This document shows positions 55,500 to 64,000 of a DNA stretch of 64,000 nt, one piece after another. Within the stretch, counting starts at the first letter, position 1. The number at the start of each line of letters is the position of its first letter. This stretch comes from Octopus vulgaris (lineage: Eukaryota), in contig OX597822.1 in NCBI GenBank assembly GCA_951406725.2, positions 14,942,001 through 15,006,000 on the forward strand. The letters run 5' to 3'. A program made the position numbers and the translations under genes. A model generated the notes under the pieces. The model was not told the origin of the DNA. It saw nothing but the letters and a program-made list of their open reading frames with translations, and searched no databases.

Positions 55500-55890
55500 T
55501 CTGCCGAGGTTGATTTTGCCTTTCATCTTTTCGGGGTCGATAAAATAAATACATTCAAATCCTGGGGTTGGTCTAATCGACTCTCCCACTCAATAAATAA
55601 ATGAAAAGATAAATACACAAAACGGATTTTGTGCCAAAAGTTGAGGCCGTTATTATCGTTATTGTTATCACTATGTAAGGTGAGCAGCTTGCGGAATTGT
55701 TAGCATCCCGGTGAAAATGCTTAACGGCATTTCGTCTGTCTTAACGATTTGAGTTCCAATTTCACTGAGGCCGACTTAGCCTTTTATCCCTCCGGGGTCG
55801 ATACAATAACTACCAGTAGAGTACTAGGGTCGATGTAATCGACCAGCTCCCTTCCCCGAAATTGTTGACTTTGTGCCAAATTTTGAAGAA
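55500..55890 (+). mobile_element. Two adjacent SINE family B copies (55500-55650, 55677-55890)
   Basis: gcctttcatcttttcggggtcgata and gccttttatccctccggggtcgata cores. Confidence 0.75.
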
Positions 55891-56199
55891 ATTATGTATA
55901 CTGCATGTATTATTCTTCTCTGTGTAACATATTTAAGATATATTACTTTGTATTTTCGAGGAAAACAGACATAGTCAGTCATAATATCTAACGTGTCTAT
56001 TCCAGCATTTGTATTATTAATGATATAGCCTTATTCAACTGAACACGGTTATGTTTTGATTCGTAGAAACTCACTGGATCAATAATAGTGAGAGAGAAGT
56101 AGATTTATTTTAACGTTATATATTTTTATATACACTCTCACACTCTCTTTGTACATTTCTTTGTCTTGTAATCGAAGATCTATTTCTAAATTTCTCAGG

Positions 56200-56560
56200 T
56201 GCTCCGACAAATTTAACCTACCATTGTCCCCTGTGCCCGGGGCCTTTTTATTTCACGGCTAATTAGTTGTTTACCTCTCCTCATTGTCAACCCCAGACAT
56301 TTTTAATGACATTTTCCATGCGACTACGGACAGTATGGTTGAATGTATAGAGCTGTGTCTCATCCGTAAACAAGAGATGGTTGAACTCAGGGTCATTCTT
56401 TCTCAAGTTAATAACCTCGTTCTTGTATTATTTAGAGTCTTTGAAAATAGAATTCATCGAATATTTAATCGATCCAAGGAATAAAATGTCTTCTACATAT
56501 TCTTATTTCAAATGCCTCAAAATCTTTGTTGCTATCTGGATAACATTGATTACTGAAATA
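56200..56560 (-). mobile_element. Decayed non-LTR reverse transcriptase fragment
   Basis: RGY...FNHLLFTDETQLY resembles the HLLFxDD motif. Confidence 0.5.
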
Positions 56561-56928
56561 CTTTTCTAAATATAGTGAAGTGTCCAGCCTAAAGGTTATG
56601 GTCCCAGCAGACAAAATGCGAAAGACCTTGCCCCGGAAGATGGTGGGCAGAGGCGCTGGAACTGCCACTCTGACTCACGGGGCTCACATTTTCAGATAAT
56701 CATCTCAGCCCTGATATTGGTGAGTAGGGGTATAGTCTCGGAGGCGAGACTAAAATGGGAATGAGACAATTGGCCACGGCTGTTAAGGTGCTGAATATTC
56801 AGCGCCGTTCACTGGACTTTGAAACTATCTTTGAGACAAAACGTTTTGGTATTAGGCCCAAATACACACAATTATACACATACACACAAGCGCGCGCACA
56901 TGCAGAAATGTATACATATACTAAGAGA

Positions 56929-56997
<69 letters not shown>

Positions 56998-57108
56998 TAC
57001 AATTTATTAATTAAGCGCAATTGAAATGAACATATTCTCTCTCCTGCTGCACATAAAATCAAATATGCTCACGCACATAAAGAGAGAGGGAAGGTGAGAT
57101 AGAAGGAT

Positions 57109-57165
<57 letters not shown>

Positions 57166-57929
57166 CAACGATAGGAAATTAAAACGTCTGATGTTAAATA
57201 AGACAGCGTCGAATCAGCGACACCAAATAAGCAGCACCAAAACGGCTGGGCCAAAATGTCTGTTACCTTTTAAGAATCGGATATTAGTCACTGAGTATAG
57301 CAAGGAAATTGATTATAAAATTGAATAAGTATCTTTGAATACAATAGGAAATTGGAGTATAGCATTCATATACTGAACGAGTGATTAGTGCATAGATGTA
57401 CCGGGTACATAGCAACAGAGCGTGAACTACAGACGGATACACAACTATGACGGACGTATAAATACTCAAACGTTTACACTTTTCCCTACACTCAAACATT
57501 TGTGTTACTACAGTGCAACTTGGTAAATTTATATTACAAAATGTTGTTCTTTATTCATATTGCATTTTCAACTTCAGATTTTATTACGCAGTTTCCGTAT
57601 CTAAGCTGTTGTCATCAGTTGCTCAGATACTGGAAATTTCTACTAAAAGGTGTGGCAGTCTGTCGCAGTAGGAATTAAATTCCACTTCCGCCGCTGATAC
57701 AAAATTTGCCCCTGAGAGTTGGATTATATTTACATGGTATCGTTTCGCAATGGAACTGCTGTGGTCCACCGAAAGCGGATTTGCGTGGTTGTTTCCATTT
57801 AAACCAATCAAAAGTGTTTCGATCTTTCGTAATAGTAACATCGACCGGATATCTGACAGGTCAACCTTCGTCTTTCGCGTGGAAGAAAGATTGTGTGCCA
57901 TTTTATAATATACTCAAAACCTTAGACAG

Positions 57930-58600
57930 TTACTATTTGTAAATCTCACAACGTCAGATATTCAGCAACAGTAGTTTGGAGTAAAGATTATTTGCCAAGC
58001 TAACATGGCAGCCGTGGTTTAGGACGAATGTTGCTGTAATTTAGCCCCCCCCCCCCATATATATATATAATATAGGATAAAATTTTTCGAAAAAAATTCT
58101 ATCAATGGTAAGCATATTAAAAAATACCTTTAAAGATTAAATTTATAAACAACTTATAAACAAGGGCAAAAGAAAAAGAACTCTAATGCCCAATATGCCG
58201 TAAACAGACACACCTTCTTCTCTTCGTCAGTGATAAATACGTTTATCACTGACGAAGAGAAGAAGGTTCATATGAATTAACTCTGAAATCGGGTCCGATA
58301 TGATAATAGCGGAATTTTTTTTAGTAATTTCTGTCGGCTTTCTTCGAGACGCGTGCTTATAGTGATGAATTATATGGTTATGGACGGTGTGTCTGTTTAC
58401 GGCATATTGGGCATTAGATTTTTTTCTTTTGCTCTTGTTTATAAGTTGTATATATATATTCTTCTTTTTTCGAACAAGGGAATCTAACACACAAATCGTG
58501 TCATATAGCCAGCTGGAGACGATGTTTCCTGGGGCTAAATTACAGCAACATTCATCCAAAACTAGGACTGCCATGTTATGTTGGCAAATAATCTTTACTC
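57930..58600. mobile_element. Second copy of the foldback element, interrupted by a Penelope-like inverted repeat
   Basis: aaatctcacaacg...ggagtaaa left end and ...tttactc right end as at 44.9 kb; foreign sequence at 58057-58460. Confidence 0.85.
58075..58449. mobile_element. Penelope-like pLTR inverted pair with a decayed hammerhead core
   Basis: Outer arms 58149-58214 / 58386-58449; perfect 26-bp inner hairpin 58212-58267; CTGACGA 58249-58255 and GAGACGCGT from 58346; (TA)n on both sides. Confidence 0.7.
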
Positions 58601-60049
58601 AAACCCTGTTCTACTCTATTTTTGCTATTTCTGCTTGTACCTGATCTACTCTAATGTTTTGCTTCAATGCTCCACACCACGGGTTGTTGAAGATTGTACC
58701 CTTCATTTACCGTCACAGTAATTCTCTTATCTGATCATCCTAGTTTCTGCTCGCCGGTAAAGATGCATTAAGATTCCCATATCAAGGTATTTTTCAATGA
58801 ACAAGCAAATCACAAATTTGTATTTTGTATCGTCTCCCACTTGACTTCTGCATAACTTACGTCTACATTCATATGACAAATTTCCTACCAAGTTACTATC
58901 TACATGACAGGATGCATTTTTCCCATGTTGATACTGAAGTAGTTAGAAGATCTAGCAGGTCTTTGTCAGCACGTCTGAGAAAGCTTGCAAGATATTTCTT
59001 CACCTGTTCCCTTATCAGCTGACTCCATCCACATCCGAGCATGGGCTACACATACTATCCCAGTCACTCATTAACAATAAAGAGCAACACATGCTTGAAA
59101 GAGACTATGTGCCTCAAGAAATCCGGACAATTTTCTAACAAAAGCAAATCGTTATTAAACTTCGAGAAGCGTATTTTTATGCCATAATCACCCTCTCTAT
59201 AACGTTCAAACTATCTTCGACTGATTCTCTCTGCTAGGCCAGCATTCCCATAAACGCCATTGATATTTCGGATTGCTTTTGTCGCATTATACCCTTTGTT
59301 GAACTCATAAAGCATGATATTTCTTAAAGGCTCCATAGACACGTCCATGTTTAGAAGCTTCAAAGCAATATGAATTGGTTAATAAATAATTGAACAACAA
59401 AATTACTGTTGACGCTAACACAACCTCATGGTAATATGTCCTGTTGCCTTTCACGTATTTTAAAATCACAAAAGTATCTCACTTATACATGTCAGATTTC
59501 GGACATTACTTTTCGAATGACCTGATATTTATATAACAAATTCTTTCTTTTATCCTGGTGTTGCTGTTATTGAAGACAAGACTGATAGCATTCGTTTCCT
59601 ATTGTTGCTGTCGTCACTGCTGCCGGACATGATATTGGTAACGGCATTTCAATTTGGTATATTGTTGTTCCTAATACCGCCCTTCTCTGCGGTGTTCCCA
59701 TTTTTAGTTTTAATGGTGAATGTAAGAATAATTATCGCCGCTTTAAAACGCTTCTATTTCTCCTCTCGTGTTGGCCGATTCGCAACGACGCTGCGATGCT
59801 TGACGCAATTCAAGATCGTGGGGGATGAGAGACAAGATATCTAGAAATATGACCCTAAGAAGGGTGGGTGGGGAAACAAACTAATCATTAAGTGTCATGG
59901 TTTGTTTCGCAACAAAATAAAAGAAAATAGCAACTACAACTTTCTAAAAGGTAAAGCGAATAATAAGGTTGAAAAATAGTTTCTACCAAACTTGTCGAGT
60001 AAACTGAAACAAATCTAGACAAGTCAGCACTTAATAAAATAACAACAGC

Positions 60050-60165
60050 AATAATAATATTAACAACAAAATAAATATTAATAATAGTAATAATAATAAT
60101 AATAATAATGATAATAATTATTATTAATATTTATTTATTTATTATTATTATTATTATTAATATTA

Positions 60166-60199
<34 letters not shown>

Positions 60200-60361
60200 A
60201 ATAATATTAATTTATTATTATTATTATTATTATTAATAATAATATTAATTTATTATTATTATTATTATTATTAATAATAATATTAATTTATTATTATTAT
60301 TATTATTATTAATAATAATATTAATTTATTATTATTATTATTATTATTAATAATAATATTA

Positions 60362-60425
<64 letters not shown>

Positions 60426-60447
60426 ATTGATTTTATTATTATTATCA

Positions 60448-60488
<41 letters not shown>

Positions 60489-60753
60489 GTCATTATCATT
60501 ATTGTTCTTGTAATTATTATTACAATTCATTTTATTCTTATTAATAACGAAATATTAATAGTAATGATACAAATGGAATTATAATAATACTAATAATAAC
60601 AGCAATAATAATTAAAAAAAATATATACATAATTAAAACTACATGAATTATCATCATCACCGCTATCATCATTGTCATCATCATCATCATTATCATTATT
60701 ATGAATATTGTTATAAATCTGTACTCTTCTTTTTGTATTTTTATTATTATTTA

Positions 60754-60808
<55 letters not shown>

Positions 60809-60900
60809 GTTGTTGTTATTATTGTTGTTGTTGTTGTTGTTGTTGTTATTATTATTATTATCATTGTTATTATTATTATTGTTGTTGTTGTTATTATTAA
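60050..60900. repeat. Compound (TAA)/(TTA)/(TTG) microsatellite field including a 38-bp higher-order repeat
   Basis: aataataatattaattt at 60197, 60235, 60273, 60311 and 60349. Confidence 0.95.
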
Positions 60901-61852
60901 CATTGTTATTGGCGCCGGGAATGCTGCTATTGCAGACTAAACACAAAGACCATATAATATTCAATATTTGGTTAGCTAATGATAATATTTCAACGATGGA
61001 ATTCAATTTCAGTTGTAACACTTTTAATAATGCACATCACGATTTACAACAGCAACAACACAAGCAAAAACATCAAAGCAACAACATCGACAAAAACACA
61101 ACAACCAAAAGCCACCACACCACCACCAACAACAACAACAACAACAACACCACCACCGCCAACAACAACAAATACAACGATAGGAAGAATATGTAGAGCA
61201 ACATCACGAAACTGAAACACGTATAGTGCATGACTGAAAGAATTCTGTGAGTTTGTGTTCTCGTAAGTTTGTATGTGCATGTGTGTGCGTATGTATGTAT
61301 GTATGTATGTATGTATGTATATATGTGCATGTGTGTGTGCGTATGTATGTATGCATGTATGTGTGGGTGGATTTATGTATGTATACAGGCACGTCATCAC
61401 ACACACACACACGCACAAATACACACACGTACATGCAGAAACGCACACATGATACTAGAGTTTAAATAACAAGTGAGTACAGTAGTTCGTTGGCGTAAAC
61501 GACGACAATATAAATAGCGATTACTGATATATCAATAATGATGATGGTGATACTGATGCCGATAAGAATGATAATAATAATAGCGATGGTGGTGGTGATG
61601 GTGATGATGATGATGATGATGATAATGAAGATGACGATGTCTGCGACGATGATGGTGGTGAGGGGTGAGGATAAAGATGAATATAGCGATAAATCTGTTG
61701 ATGTTTAGAACGGCGATGCTGTTGATAATGCCTGTTATGAATGACCCCCCCCCCCCGCCCGTTATAAAAGTGATTATGGAGACTACGACAGAGATGATAA
61801 TTTGTATTTATAGCATCCCTATTATTAATATTATTATTATTATTATTATTAA

Positions 61853-61915
<63 letters not shown>

Positions 61916-61994
61916 GTTTTTCCTTCTTTCTTAAAATTTTCTTCCGTTTCTCGCCGAGTGTTTTCCATACACCTCGTGTTTTTATTATTATTTA

Positions 61995-62073
<79 letters not shown>

Positions 62074-62634
62074 GAGTGAGAGAGCAGTTCATGCCATCAA
62101 AGTGACACTGGGGTAAAATATACGAAACCCAATATACCCATCATGACTACCCGTCTGATAAGGGTACGCCAGGCACATGCATCACAACCATATGTGCGCG
62201 ACATGGTGATCTCATATCAAGATAAAAAGCGTATGACCTTGCAGGTGGGGCCCAGTTAGAATTTTCTTCAGATTGAGTAGCCCATCCTACTCAAAAGGTC
62301 CATGAATAAGGGTTGTTTACGGATGTTGAACGAACCACCTATGTTTCCAAAGGTGAATTATTCAAACCCCAAAGAATCCCTCTCAACACATGGCTATGGT
62401 GCTCCCCCACTACTTCTGCTCGTGATCAGAGATGCACATGTCGTCAGCCACTAAGGGACATGCTCAACTGGTTAAGGTCAAATAGTGACAAGGAAATCTG
62501 TGATATTGAGCAGAATATTTGCAGTAGCCCATCTTTTATACCAAGACAAAACAATGTACATGATAACACTTCCAATCAGTTAATATCAGAAGCCATGAGA
62601 GCCACTGCCTGGTACGGCATCAGGGCATGTACAG

Positions 62635-62635
<1 letters not shown>
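62074..62635 (-). mobile_element. About 560-bp non-coding element inside a (TTA)n array
   Basis: Reverse complement of 53011-53564; (TTA)n on both flanks. Confidence 0.9.
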
Positions 62636-62705
<70 letters not shown>

Positions 62706-62709
<4 letters not shown>

Positions 62710-62972
62710 GTTAGTGCTTTGCACACCTATAGCTGGAGATGTACTACAGTGTCAGCTGTTCACTACCAGTGAACTAAAGTAACACCTCTTATTTTTCGAG
62801 CATCATTCGGAGTATTCGCGTTATTCCAAGCAATGCTGTTTTCTGCAACTTCTCCACTCTTATTACAGCCCCTATTTGTTCCTTGTCTTGCTCAAGATTT
62901 TTATTCACTGTTCCCAGGGCTCCGACAAATATTAGTACTACGACCACCTTCTTCATCGACCACAACTGCTTG
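62706..62972 (-). mobile_element. R4/Dong-type 3' end with (TAA)n tail
   Basis: QLWSMKKVVVV..VGALGTV...LQKTALLGITRILR, short 3' UTR. Confidence 0.88.
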
Positions 62973-63020
62973 TTATAATAATAATAACAACAGCAACAAC
63001 AACAACAACAACAATAAAAA

Positions 63021-63079
<59 letters not shown>

Positions 63080-63157
63080 TGATAATAATGATAATAATAA
63101 AAATAAAAATAAAAATAATAATAATAATAAAATACTAATAATACTAATAATAATAAT

Positions 63158-64000
<843 letters not shown>

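Noticed and set aside
57560-57900. Possible host exon(s)
   Set aside because: Short open frames on both strands with no recognisable protein motif or convincing splice pair
58740-59400. Very old CR1/L2-like remnant
   Set aside because: Only vague motif echoes; not supportable without a profile search

Overview
AT-rich eukaryotic DNA, saturated with microsatellites and made almost entirely of transposon remnants. The SINE families, Dong/R4 and Tx1-type LINE fragments and repeat spectrum look like an octopus (coleoid cephalopod) intronic or intergenic region; this is inferred from family recognition, not from a search. I found no convincing intact host gene, rRNA, tRNA gene or CRISPR array, and most listed ORFs are translated microsatellites. 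Recognisable content: many copies of several tRNA-derived SINEs, R4/Dong-type (RLE) LINE fragments, Tx1/L1 fragments (ORF1, APE, 3' end), a CR1 3' end, a decayed near-full-length mariner, small foldback elements and a Penelope GIY-YIG fragment. The two most interesting signals are: (i) Penelope-type inverted repeats carrying hammerhead-ribozyme cores, including a 171-bp near-perfect palindrome whose only arm-to-arm mismatch hits the catalytic CUGA, and a 38-nt minimal hammerhead with a non-canonical CUGUCGA core; (ii) an apparent partition of microsatellite targets between retroelement families: Dong in (TAA)n, another R4/Dong in (TACA)n, Tx1 in (TATC)n and Penelope-like ends at (TA)n. Element boundaries were read by eye and are approximate unless stated.
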